A stretch of 63,395 nucleotides of DNA, filler included, from Trichosphaerium sp. ATCC 40318 (lineage: Eukaryota; Protista; Tubulinea): assembly GCA_038496445.1 (NCBI GenBank). It is 3 parts of 3 records of this genome, joined end to end, with 100 filler letters (N's around TTAATTAATTAA, not from the genome) between each part and the next. Parts side by side here need not be neighbours in the genome. Positions count along the whole stretch, not along the records: positions 1 to 26,152 come from JALMLS010000218.1; 2 more parts are not named here. One strand, written 5' to 3'. Position numbers and translations under genes: made by a program. Numbering within the stretch: position 1 is the stretch's first letter; the number at the start of each line of letters is the position of its first letter. The notes beneath the pieces are model-generated. The model saw nothing but the letters and a program-made list of their open reading frames with translations. It was not told the origin of the DNA and did no database searches. This document shows, one piece after another, positions 1 through 11,100 of this stretch.

Positions 1-126
1 AATACAGAACGCGGCCTGAGGCATTCGGCAATGCCACCTTCAGATGAGAGCGATTCCGGTGGCTGGTTTCATAGTGATCCATGGCCTTCTTCGGGGAGGT
101 GCCTAACCGTTCACCGACAAGGTTTG
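1..126 (-). rRNA. 5.8S rRNA, 5' part, divergent, truncated by window edge
   Basis: Lies ~240 nt downstream of the 18S 3' end on the same strand. Minus strand CCTTGTCGGTGAACGGTTAGGC...CGAAGAAGGCC...GGAATCGC loosely matches the 5.8S consensus CGGTGGATCACTCGGC...CGATGAAGAAC...GAATTGC. Confidence 0.65.
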
Positions 127-364
127 GTTTCTTTCGAAAATCTTGACGTTCTTTATAGTCGTGCCACGACTGTGTTTTTGGTTTGCCAAAATGGCGGTTG
201 TGGAGCTGGCAGATATACAAGATATCACCACAGCAGAGGATGATTACATCTTCAATTACCGAAGTAAGATCAGATTTACCAAACCAGAGCTGATACTCCA
301 ATTTTTTTCTTTTAAACTTGGTTAAAAGTTGGTTTAATTGCTTCTAAGGGTTAAATACCAATAG
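127..364 (-). other. ITS1
   Basis: Spacer between 18S 3' end and putative 5.8S; contains hairpins such as 154-174. Confidence 0.65.
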
Positions 365-3012
365 TATTGATCCTTCAGCAGGTTCACCTACTGAAACCTT
401 GTTACGACTTCATCATCCTTTATGAGCGCAAGTTCGAGCAGGTTCGATAACCGGCAAGCCGGTCGTCCCCCCTGGTCTCACTCGCACCCACATCGGTCGA
501 TGCGACGGGCGGTGTGTACAAGCAACAGGGACAGATTCCAGGTGCGTTGATGACACACCTGTACGAGGCATTCCGCGTTCGTGGCTACAGTTACAGCAAC
601 CAGTCCCTAAGCACGCATGTGTCTTTTCGAAGAAGCAGCATTGAGCACACTTAACATCCAAATCGACCACACGGTGCGCTTTCATGTATTTTTTTATGAA
701 CATTGCAGAAACTTGCTTCATAATAAAGTTTGCCTTGGTAAAGATATAATCTTCCAAGTCAAAGCATTTAAGTGAAGAAGAAACCTTGTTTGTTAATTTG
801 AAACGATCCACAGCTCTTTCAATGTTTACACTAAGGAACAAGTCCAAAGATGTAAGTTTTCATCTAACAGCGCTTCTCATCTTAACATTAAAGGAATTTA
901 ACTTCCTAAAAAGCCTCGACGAGGGGGTTAACTCTTTATATTAGGTTCAGGACAGACTTTGTTTTGAAGGTGGTAGTTTCCGAAGGTGCGTTTAAGTGTA
1001 GTCGTATTTAGATAATAAAATCTGAGGTTTAACTCGCTGTCGTGAAGAAGTGTTCTGGCGGTTTCAGGGCTTGCCCGGATGCCTGTTCGGCCCAGGAACC
1101 CGTTGAACTAAGCAGTGTAGGCCGCGTGCGGCCCGGAATATCTGGGGGCATCCCGGATCTGTTATAGCCGCCGCTTCTTACGACTTTTCGCCGTCAGTCC
1201 TGCACAGGGGTCCCGCACGAGGCGGGGGAATCAATGTGACAGTAGCGATCTCGCCCGTTATCGGAATAAACCTGACAGATAAGTCCACGAGCCTAAAACG
1301 ACCATGCACCACCGTTAGCTAACTCGGAAAAGACCCTTCAGTCTGTTCGTCCCCTTAGAGCGTCCGATCCCGGTAAGTTGTCGCGCGTTGAGTCAAATTG
1401 AGCCGCAGCCTCCAGAGCCTGGTGGTGTTGCTCCGTCAATGCCTTTAAGTTTCAGCCTTGCGACCATACTTCCCCCCTGGGCCCGATTACTTCGGTTTCC
1501 CGTGGGAACGGGCCCCGAGCCTTGGTTTGCCCGGCGCCCATTCAGTCGGCATCGTTTACTGTGGAGACTACACGGGTCTCTAATCCGCTTCGCTCCCTCC
1601 ACCATCGTTCTAGATCACCGGCCACGCCCTTGCAGAGCGCCTTCGCTTCGGGTAGTTTGGATCAGGTCAAAAGATTTCACTCCTCGCTGATACCACACTC
1701 TCTACCCCGTACGCACCTAGTAATCGTGTGTTCTTTATTAGTGTGAAGACTAACTCAAGTTTTTTCTCAAGAATACTTGCATAATTCACAATGTTTTTAT
1801 TCCCTTAATGAAGAACATAAGTTTTCACTCAGACTTGCATTTCAGGATATTGTTCATACTTAGTAAAATGAGACTCGAGCGTCGCACTTGGTAAAGTGTT
1901 GTTTTTGTTTTTTTAAAGCCCAATTCCAGGATGCTGGTGGGTGGCATAGCGGCCGAAGCCTAAACTGACCTTGCGTTTGAGCGAAGCCATTTATGCCTGG
2001 TCGGGCGATGAAAAAGAGTCGGGGGGTTTTGTCAGAGAATAAATTCTCGTCTAAACCTTATCCCTCTCAGCTGTGTCGTTGTTTGGACTGCGAGCGCTTT
2101 AACAGCAACAGCAAAAGTATAAGCTTTCGGAGTGGGTGTTACCGCGGGTGCTGGCACCCAACTTGTCCTCCAATAGTTTCTCAGGGCGACATTCAGTTGC
2201 CCCTCATTGCGACGACCGGTTTAAATGCCGGCCTCGTTACACTCAGTCGCTGGCTCGATTTGCAATCAATGGCCAAGTTACGCGCCTGCTGTTACCCGTA
2301 AGTACAGGGGCCGTATCTAATGCCCCTTCTCCGGGAACCGAACCCTAGTTCCCCGTTACCCGTCACTGCCGCGGTAGGCCGTTACCCTACCGCCTGGCTG
2401 ATAGGTCGGCCGCCCTTCCGACTCGTGGAGGGGGAGAACTCTCAACTTTATATCGATATGATCTTTTTTATGAAAAAGCACATTCAGCGAAGGATCGAGA
2501 TTTGAACAATGTTCATTTTTCTTTCACCTAGTTTCACTTAAGTAACTTTACATTATTTTTTAGAAACATGTCTAGTCAGAGAGAACTCCTCGTAACTCCA
2601 TCGCATGCCCCAACGCCGCTCTTCCCGACGGAGTACGGACGCCGCTTCCTAAGGGGAGGCTGCTTCCCTTGGCGAACCAAGATGGGATCGGGTGATCGTC
2701 CGCTCCTGAGCGTTGGATGCGACCGATGGGTCCTTGCAGCAGAGGGGCCCATCGGCAGCGCTAGGCGCATTACGTATTAGCCGCAGGTTTCCTTTAATCC
2801 CGGTTATCCGCGGGGGAGGCCACGAGTTTTGGTTATAGTGCGTTTAGGAAACGAGTTCCTGTGTGCAAAATGACGTGACCATTATTAGTCTTGTCGGGTG
2901 GGTTACGACCGTTTTAAGGAGCCGTTTGCGGCTCCGAGGATACCTCTTTGCTGAGCTTGCATGGCTTAATCCTTCGAGAAAGCTTATCACTCCTGGCAGG
3001 CTCAACCAGGTA
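365..3012 (-). rRNA. 18S (SSU) rRNA, ~2.65 kb, highly divergent with AT-rich insertions
   Basis: Minus strand starts TACCTGGTTGAGCCTGCCAG, contains TTAAGCCATGC, GTGCCAGCACCCGCGGTAA, AAACTTAAAGGCATTGACGG and TGTACACACCGCCCGTC, and ends AAGTCGTAACAAGGTTTCAGTAGGTGAACCTGCTGAAGGATCA. Confidence 0.98.
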
Positions 3013-5381
3013 CCTTTTGCATCAGAGTTTTTAAAGCAGATAGCTGCATTTAAAATAAATTCTCATCAGACCAAAGGTGGTTGAGGTTTTTAGGTGGTTT
3101 TTTGAAGAATGAACTTCATAAGAAACCATTCAATCTTTATTCCTATTCTCTTTCAAGGAGGATGTAAGATGAAAGTCTTTTTGATGAACATCACAAATAC
3201 CTGGTGCCGGACAACATCAGCCTTTCTTGTTGGAGAAGAAGCTGATGTGTCTTGGTTATGGTTTTTATGGCAAGAGATGCTCATAGAGCACATTGCCACA
3301 ACAGCATAGGGTTGTGTCTTTTTAAAGGACTACTTTTCTTGATGAGTCATGCCTATTTTTTACTGAGTAGCCCTTGAGGCATCGTCGGTAATAGCTTGCA
3401 ACTGCATCATTTTTCATACACTCTTTTTGTTTTGATTTTGTTTACTATTCAAGTACTTGGACTGTGCCTTTCCTTGTTGAGTCTTCAAGTTGTAGCAACT
3501 TGGCTACACTTGTTGTGTTGATGTACTTGGCTTGTGTGCCTTTCCGTCAATTTGCCCTTTTCACATTTCTGCTTCAGGCTCACATCTATTATTACCCAAG
3601 TACTTGATACTTTGTCTTTCCATTGGGTTGTTTTGGATGTGATACAGCTTTTGCGGATTGATTGGAGCACTTTGACTCCTGTCGTCCACCTAAGCATGTG
3701 ACTTTGCACATACTTAGAGCTGTATTGTTGTATGACTCTGAACTCGATTAGCATTTCTACACTCCAAATGGGTGTTATAATGCTAGAAGAGAAACACAAG
3801 TTCATACATATGGTAGGTTGTTGCCCACTAAGGGCTTCAATCTGCCATTCTTTTGTACACTACCGTATTGGTGTGATTAACTCACACACTTGGAAACATG
3901 TACTTTTAAGACTTGCAACTCGATTAGCATTTCTACACCTCTTAGTGAGTGTTCTAATGCTAGAAGAGAATGAAAGTCTATCAGTATGACTCGATTAGCA
4001 TTTCTACACTTCAAAGTGTTCTGATGCTAGAAGATATCATATCTGTTTTGTATACATGTTAGTTGTTGCCCACTGAGGGCTTCATACTAAATGCTTAAAG
4101 TATTGACTGTTCTAAGCTATTGCCCACTGAGGGCCACAAAACTCATTTACAGCATGTTGATGACAAATGACTCGATCGACATCTCTTTATCAATCTGTTA
4201 TTTTTTCATAACAGAGATAAGATGAAGGAGGAGTGTACAAATTGTCTATGTGTTTGTAAACAATACCATTTTGCCCACTCGGGACAATGATGGTGTTGTA
4301 TCTCAAACGATATACATAAGCGGACTACTTTCGTGTCACTAAACAACGTTCACCATTATTAGGTGTCGTTGTTATGTGTCTCATTGAGAGTTACATACAC
4401 ATACCCAAGGACTCGATTAACATTTCTACGCTCGTTTCAAATTTTTTTTTTTAAAACTGTGCGTTATAATGTTAGAAGAGAACCCTCTGTTATTGGAAGT
4501 GGATACAGTATTAAAATAGCTGCTTATTACATACACACATAACCAACTGGCATCGTCATCGATGGATATACTAAGAGGCGAGTGGTAACTCGTCCTTTTC
4601 TATCACATAAGAAAAGCTAGAGTAGCCATCACTGTGGTGTATGTGCATGTGCGTAAGCGCAACTAAAACGCTGATATCCAATCTTCACTTGAGAAGAAAG
4701 GGATTTTTACTGAGGTTGCACAGCAAACAGGACTTACAGTCATATGCTCAAAAACGCTCACAAAAACTCAATAAAGTTTCTTGTTCTCGCGATAGATGAA
4801 TACAGACTAGCCTTTCCGCTATGCTTGGCGACCTGTTTCTGTAGTTTACAGAGAGACATGCCACCATATATTCTCAGATGTTGAGGCAGAAATCGATTAC
4901 CACTGCCCTTTGTACTGATGTAAGCTTTTTAATATTACAATCTTCCAATATAGGGTGCTTATGTGGTAGAAGACAACAGCGTCCTAGGTCCTTGCTCTCT
5001 ACCCTCAGCACTCGATCAACGTATAGGAGTATGATTCAAGTGTGATAGCAGAGTCACCGCAAATGTGCTGCACGACGGGCGGACCCATAGTCATCGTACA
5101 CTCCCTGTGGGCTCTTTCGTTGGGAATAACAAAGGCTGCGCGGTTTTTTTTAAGATGCATACAAAATTGTACGCTCGCGACTGACCGATCCTTTTTTTTT
5201 GTCTTCTCAATTTCGCCAAGGGAAGAGAATCGATTTCTGTACGCGCCCAACTGCTCATTTTTTTTTAACGCCCTTCCTCGCAGGTAAATCGCCTGGCGGT
5301 TTAGGGGAATTATTTTTTCGTTGGTGCCTCATAGTCTTTTCTCCATTTACGCCTCCGTTAGGCTACACGGTTGTAAGACTG
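3013..5381. ncRNA. rDNA-upstream structured region (candidate 5' ETS or antisense RNA) with repeated conserved hairpins
   Basis: No credible ORF. Recurrent hairpins CTCGATTAGCATTTCTACAC..GTGTTCTAATGCTAGAAGAG and GCCCACTRAGGGC. About 3740-5381 is homologous to 44286-45596 with compensatory changes. Confidence 0.6.
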
Positions 5382-5941
5382 GGACTCTTTCCTGAAAATA
5401 TCCAGTTTTCGCGGTCCCTGGCTTCACTTTTTATTCCAAAAACATCGCTTACAGCACTTTTTATCGCGGTTTTTTGGTTCATCTCCAGAAAAATGCGACC
5501 CAAAAAAAAACTTTTCAGCGTTGTGCCCGCCCGCGCCAAACAGTTACGCTCTTTTTTATTTTCCTTTGCCCCTGGAGCCCCTTGATTCTCTCTTCTTCGC
5601 GTTCAAACGCTCGATTTGGACTCAAACCGTACTGTACGCTCTTTTTTTGAAATTTTTTCGTATCCACTAAAAAAAAAAAATCCACAAAACTACTCGGTAC
5701 ACTTCATTTTTGCTTTTGTATGTCCCGAATTCGCTCGTTTTACCTCCGTTCCTCCTTTCCTGTGCGTCGCGAATCGCAACGACCCTTACCAAACCGCCAA
5801 CGAAACACGCCAAAACACCAAAACGAACGCAGCAATCAAATTTTCACGTTTTCTTCAAAAGTCGTAATCAAAATAGGAGTGGTTAAGCATAAGTACTAGC
5901 GAAGCAGAAGCTCCACATATATAGCGCCCAGTGATCTAAAG

Positions 5942-7221
5942 ATGGTAACGTTATTAATTCCGCACCCAATTCTCCAGAACACTCACCGCTAGTAGAGTTA
6001 CAATGATGACGACTTAAAATTCAATTTGCAAGGTCCAGAAGTTGTAGATTTGAAATGCGTAGCGGAATATAAAGTTTTAGTTATAAATGTCAAAACAAAT
6101 GCACCTAGCGAAGCTAAGGGCAAGTTTGACGTATTCGTTACGCGTAGACATAATTATAGACCATCTGTTTCTTGCGAAATAAAAGGTACAAATTACATCT
6201 TACGTTGCATCTATCGTTGATTATGGCGCAGGGACGTATGTTTTCTCGTTTTTACCGGAAAGTAGAGGTTCTTACGACGTAGACGTGCAGTATAACGGCG
6301 AAAGTAAATTCAAATTTACAATGCGTTGTTGGCCCGAATTGGCGCCTAGAGAAGGTACGATAAAGGTGGCCTGTTGCGCAACTTGTTAATAGGTATTGTT
6401 ACAGAGGGTTTGGGTCTTCCTACTGCAATGGCAATGGAGGGGAAAGGCTTGACATGCGCAAAAGTTAACTATTACTCATCTTTTGCAATAAAGTGTACTG
6501 ACACACGCACAAATAAGCCGGCTGAGTATTTAGATGCTTCTTATGTTAGAGTCCAGGTACAGAATAATTTTTTCATTGCGTCAAAATGGATATAAACAAA
6601 ACCACATTACTAACCACGTGATTGTTAGTTGACAGGACCAGAAACAATTAAAGGTGAAGTGTCTGGCACCAAAGGAGATTTTGTTGCTACTTACAAGCCA
6701 CGGAAGCATGGTGTGTACAAACTATCAGTACACTTAGAGGGTGATAAATGTACTCTACGACCAAACGAAGTGGAGATTACAGTAACGGCCAGTATGTTAA
6801 TTACACATTTTTACTTTCTTGTATTGCCTCCAACTGACATGTATATTTGTACGTAGATGCAGGTGTAGATAGTTACATTACAGCTGAAGAAACTACACTG
6901 TGGAAGAGCACATACGTATTCTCTGTAACGGGAATTGATACTTATGGTGAGCAAGTTCTACTGGGCGGTGATCCGTTCCTGGTAGATATCAGAGGTCCAG
7001 GTGTTCAAAAGAGTAAGTTGGGTTTTTTTTTTTTACAGTTAGTAATGGCAAATATTAACTGAGTTTTTTTTTCAGAGCCTGAAATTACGGATAATGACAA
7101 TGGTACATACAATATCCAGTGCTTCTTGCAGGAAAAGGATTCCGAGTACACAATAAGCACTACTATGCATGGTAAGCATATAAAGGGGAGCCCTTTCAAA
7201 GTGTATGTAAAAGGTTGGTAA
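5942..7221 (+). CDS. Filamin/ABP280-type Ig-repeat protein, multi-exon (start approximate)
   Basis: Exons encode GGDPFLVDIRGPG, ITDNDNGTYNI, HIKGSPFKVYV and ATYKPRKHGVYKLSV, typical filamin-repeat motifs; short GT-AG introns. Confidence 0.8.
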
Positions 7222-7306
7222 AACCCAAATAACCTACAACGAATTTTGTACATAAACATTTTTTTAAATTGAAGAAAAGGTGTTAACGGTTTATTTTTCG
7301 TTGGGT

Positions 7307-7654
7307 TTACAAGTGGCAAAAAGGCATTGCTAGAACTTCGTCAGGTTCGTGTTCATCGTTGTTTACAAATACACGACACGAATCGCCTTGAGAGTTTTTA
7401 GATTTGATTTCTTTGATAATGTGAAGTATGTGCTCTATCATTACTTTACAACGCTTTGGTTCCATTCCACTGTGAAGTTGCGTTTCTAACTCTTCACTTC
7501 CTTTGAACTTGTAGTCCATTTTGATGAGTTTATGATCGCCGACACTGAAACGCATTTCCTCTATCCAATTTACGTCTTCAGGTGATTGATTGTTTTCGAG
7601 GGAAGCGCCAAGGGGCATCATGCATCCTGTAGTACGTTTTTGTTTTGAAGCCAT
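7307..7654 (-). CDS. Hypothetical 115-aa protein with PTS1-like C-terminus (CHL)
   Basis: Clean ATG-to-stop single-exon ORF with protein-like composition, convergent with the filamin gene. Confidence 0.55.
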   Translation of the reverse strand: MASKQKRTTGCMMPLGASLENNQSPEDVNWIEEMRFSVGDHKLIKMDYKFKGSEELETQLHSGMEPKRCKVMIEHILHIIKEIKSKNSQGDSCRVFVNNDEHEPDEVLAMPFCHL

Positions 7655-8148
7655 GTTGTTATCTTGGTTTTATTTAATGTTTTGATTTTAACTGTACACA
7701 CGTCATGACATTCTGAGAAGATTAGGAAGTCGTTAAGGTATTTCTTAAGCTTCCAATTAAAAAGTAGTCATAGCCATCACACCTTGACTGTACGAAAATA
7801 GCAAAAACGCTAACTTTGTCAATCAATCAATCACATCAATGTGTTTTCTTCAAAATATTTTCGTCGTATGTCATACTAAGTCCCAAGCTCGGAGGTGCAC
7901 TGCATTCACTTTGAGCTTTGATAAGTTGCTACTAAGTTATGTACTTCGCGATTTACAGTCAAGCAAACCAAAAAAAAAACCAGTTATGTTTTTTTTTTTC
8001 AGCAAATTGCAACAAAGGCCAAGTCAAAGCGATTAAGATAACGGTTTTTCTCAGAGAGACTTCCTTTTGTTGTACCCAACGATGGAGAAAGAAGCAGTAG
8101 TAGTACGCCCAATTAAATTCATCAATTCGTAGAACCAACAGTAAGCTA

Positions 8149-11100
8149 ATGTACCAAAAGGACGCTTCAGTTGTGTCAGTACCTCGAATTACGCGGTTGA
8201 CATCGACGAAATACAAAATAAACCCTTCTACGCTTGGTTACTATTACAATCTTCAATGCGATCGTTTTTTCGCGTTTAAAGGCGCCACAGTTGATCAAAT
8301 ACGTTGGTGTTTCAAGGTAAGCCATAAACAATTTAAAACAAATACTAACACCGCAGGACAACAAAAATGAGTGGATACCGTTCGCTTTCAATGATAGCAT
8401 CGCCATCGAGCTCGTTTTTCGAGCAAACAAGAACGTACGCGTTTAACAGCACGGTATTTTGGCTAAACGCTGTAGACTTGCGCTGTGGAAATAGGATCAG
8501 TGAATTTGTCAGCAGTACAAGTGACACGAAGAGGTATGCGCAACTGCTTACATTAAATTCTTATATAACGTGCTCAATAGACGGATCTACGCATGCAATA
8601 ATGCGTGGTACATGGTTTGTCGAAAAACTAAACGTTAAACCAGGCATGGACAAGGTAATTTTTGGAAACGATGGAAAAAAAAAACCGTTTCGCGCTTTCG
8701 TTGTAACATTTGTACCCTTTAGTTCCTTTGCTATGAGCCTCTATCCCAAGACCTTAGTGAACTTCTTTACAAAGCTTATATCAAAGATAAGGAAGCTGTT
8801 ACGGCACGTGAACAATTTTGAAATGCTTGTGACGTTTTAAAATTTTTAATTATTTGTCTCAGATGCTCACAACAAAAGAACATACACTTGTTGGTAAACA
8901 AGTGACAATCTCTCTCACTCCATCAATCACGTTTCAAGTTGTTGGAGAGGATAAACGGAGGCCTGTATATCGGGGGTTCCCAATGCGCGTTGGTGGAGAT
9001 GATCTTGTTGGTGCGTATTATGTGTTTATTTTGTTTCTCTAATCTATGTTTATAGGTTCTGCACATAAGATGAGTGGTGAAACGTGGGAAGAAGACATCA
9101 TTAACAAGCACATTATTCCTAAAAACTACAGCATAGCATCTTCGCAACAAGAGGAGCAAAAAAAACTACCTCTATCACAACGGTACCTTTCCACAAATAT
9201 CCACAAGTTTCTTAAATCACTTATTTAGAAAACTGAATTACAATGAAATGATTCATATGCTGCGAACTATGAAGCCTGCTTCTGGAGCAGATGCTTCACA
9301 TAGATACTTCCTTTATCAGCCTACATTTCTAGTACCTCATCAATTCTATGAGCGATATAATATTAGCCGTAAAGATATATACATGTCTCATTGCTTCCCG
9401 GACTTTCTTGAGGTCAAGTTCACCACCATAAAAGATAAAGGTACAAGCGCAAATCACGTACGTATTCTGTTGTTAAAGCATTCAAATATTAGTGTACACC
9501 GAAGTTATCATCGTAGATGCAAAAGCATCTCCACATGTGAAGCTCTCACATCGTATTCAAGTCGGTTTGTATGCACTACTGCTCGAACAAATAATAGTAA
9601 AAGAGCGACTTACAAATGTAACAATTTCTCGAGAGGTACAGCACGAGACTGAGCAACAATCAACACTGCGTTACATTCTTACAATTCTTTTTCAAAATAG
9701 GGAGGTGTTTGGCTTCGTCCACATGCTGATTATATTGCATTTGATCTTGAACCTATTCTTCATAATATAAGAGAGTTTCTCACCTTTGGCGCTGGTGGAA
9801 AACTTGAGAAGCTAGTAAAGAATGACATCGGTGATATTTCGTGGCATCTTATGCATAAGTGTAGTCACTGTGACTTTGTTTCGTTTTGTAGAGAAGAAGC
9901 ACAACTCAATAGTGATTTATCGCTTGTACACAAGTTATCTAAACACCGTAAAACGTTCATAACTGGGTTCATCAATAAGTTAAAGGTATAGTTATTAGAA
10001 ATTTTATTTGAGTTGCTAAAAGAATTGGCGCCAGGGTATAAAAGGGAATAAGGTTGTCGACATTGAGGATGCGCATGAATGTTTGAGCAATTTCCTACCT
10101 TCTCGGGAGACTGAAAAGAAAGAGGTTGAGCCATTAGTAGTGCTGTCAACTCCTAAAAAAAAGGGAGTCAAAGCTGCAACTGGTTTTGATTCGCCAGCAG
10201 CAAACCGAAAGCCTATCACACCTACTACACCAAGTACAATCCTTTTCGTTCTTGAGAGTACTAATAAGATTACTAGAAACACCTCAAACACCACAATCGA
10301 AGATCAAAAGGTAGAAGTAGAACTGGAAGCGTCAAACGTTTGACTTACTTTTGTTAGTGAACTAAATCCACCATCTACACCTCTCGCTCCTGTACTTTCA
10401 GATGCGCCAGCTACACCAGACGTAATGCCTATTTGAAGAATCAATTTGTCTTATTAATACGTATCAGGTCAAATCTCCAACACTTGCTGATCTAGCGTCA
10501 CGTCCAGCACCAGATCCATTTGCAACACCTACATTTTCTCGTATTCCAAATTCCTATGCGGAAACGCCCACACCAACTAAATCAGTACGTCTTACATGCC
10601 CTCTTTTGTATTGCGAATAGACAGTAGTTAACTACCATGTGCAGTTGTATAAGTTGAAGTACAAGAACTTGATGCCTAGTGTAAAATCAGAGCTATGGCT
10701 GGTAAAACAAAAGCTCGACTCCTTCATAATGGGTGAACCTTTGCCTTACTTCAGATCATCGCATGTACGGCTCTCTTTTTATTTTTGTTATGTATCAACC
10801 AAGCACGTGAACAGAGTCGACATCTAATGCTCTAAAGGTTATGCCAACAAGTGAACAAGTAGCAGTGTTCATTACTCTGCTTGAGAATAAGCCAGCCAAC
10901 GCTTACTACGCTTGGGGTATAAAGGTGGTTTGTCGTGAACCAAAGCTCTTGAAGAAAAAGTTTGTATTTAACATGAAAGACAGTGTAATGAAGTTTGTAA
11001 ATGATGTACAACTCATCTATTCATATTTCGTGTTAACACGTATCTCTTAGGACATCAAAATGGTTGTAACAGAAGATACCCTTGTCGTGACTTGTACAGG

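Noticed and set aside
620-1030. Group I intron in the 18S
   Set aside because: No recognisable P7 (R/S) core motifs; the insertions sit where variable regions are expected.
3743-4480. CRISPR array (ATTTCTAC resembles the Cas12a repeat)
   Set aside because: Units are long hairpins with irregular spacing and variable apices; eukaryotic context; no cas genes.
4890-4990. Degenerate LSU rRNA on the + strand (GATTACCACTGCCC, GAAGAC, TTGTTGCCCACTAAGGG resemble LSU domain IV-V words)
   Set aside because: Matches are short, out of LSU order, and one is a locally repeated motif.
413-5585. ORFs over the rDNA and upstream region, and ORFs in 43798-45781
   Set aside because: Shadow ORFs on rRNA, repeats or structured non-coding DNA; the two paralogous blocks differ by non-triplet indels.
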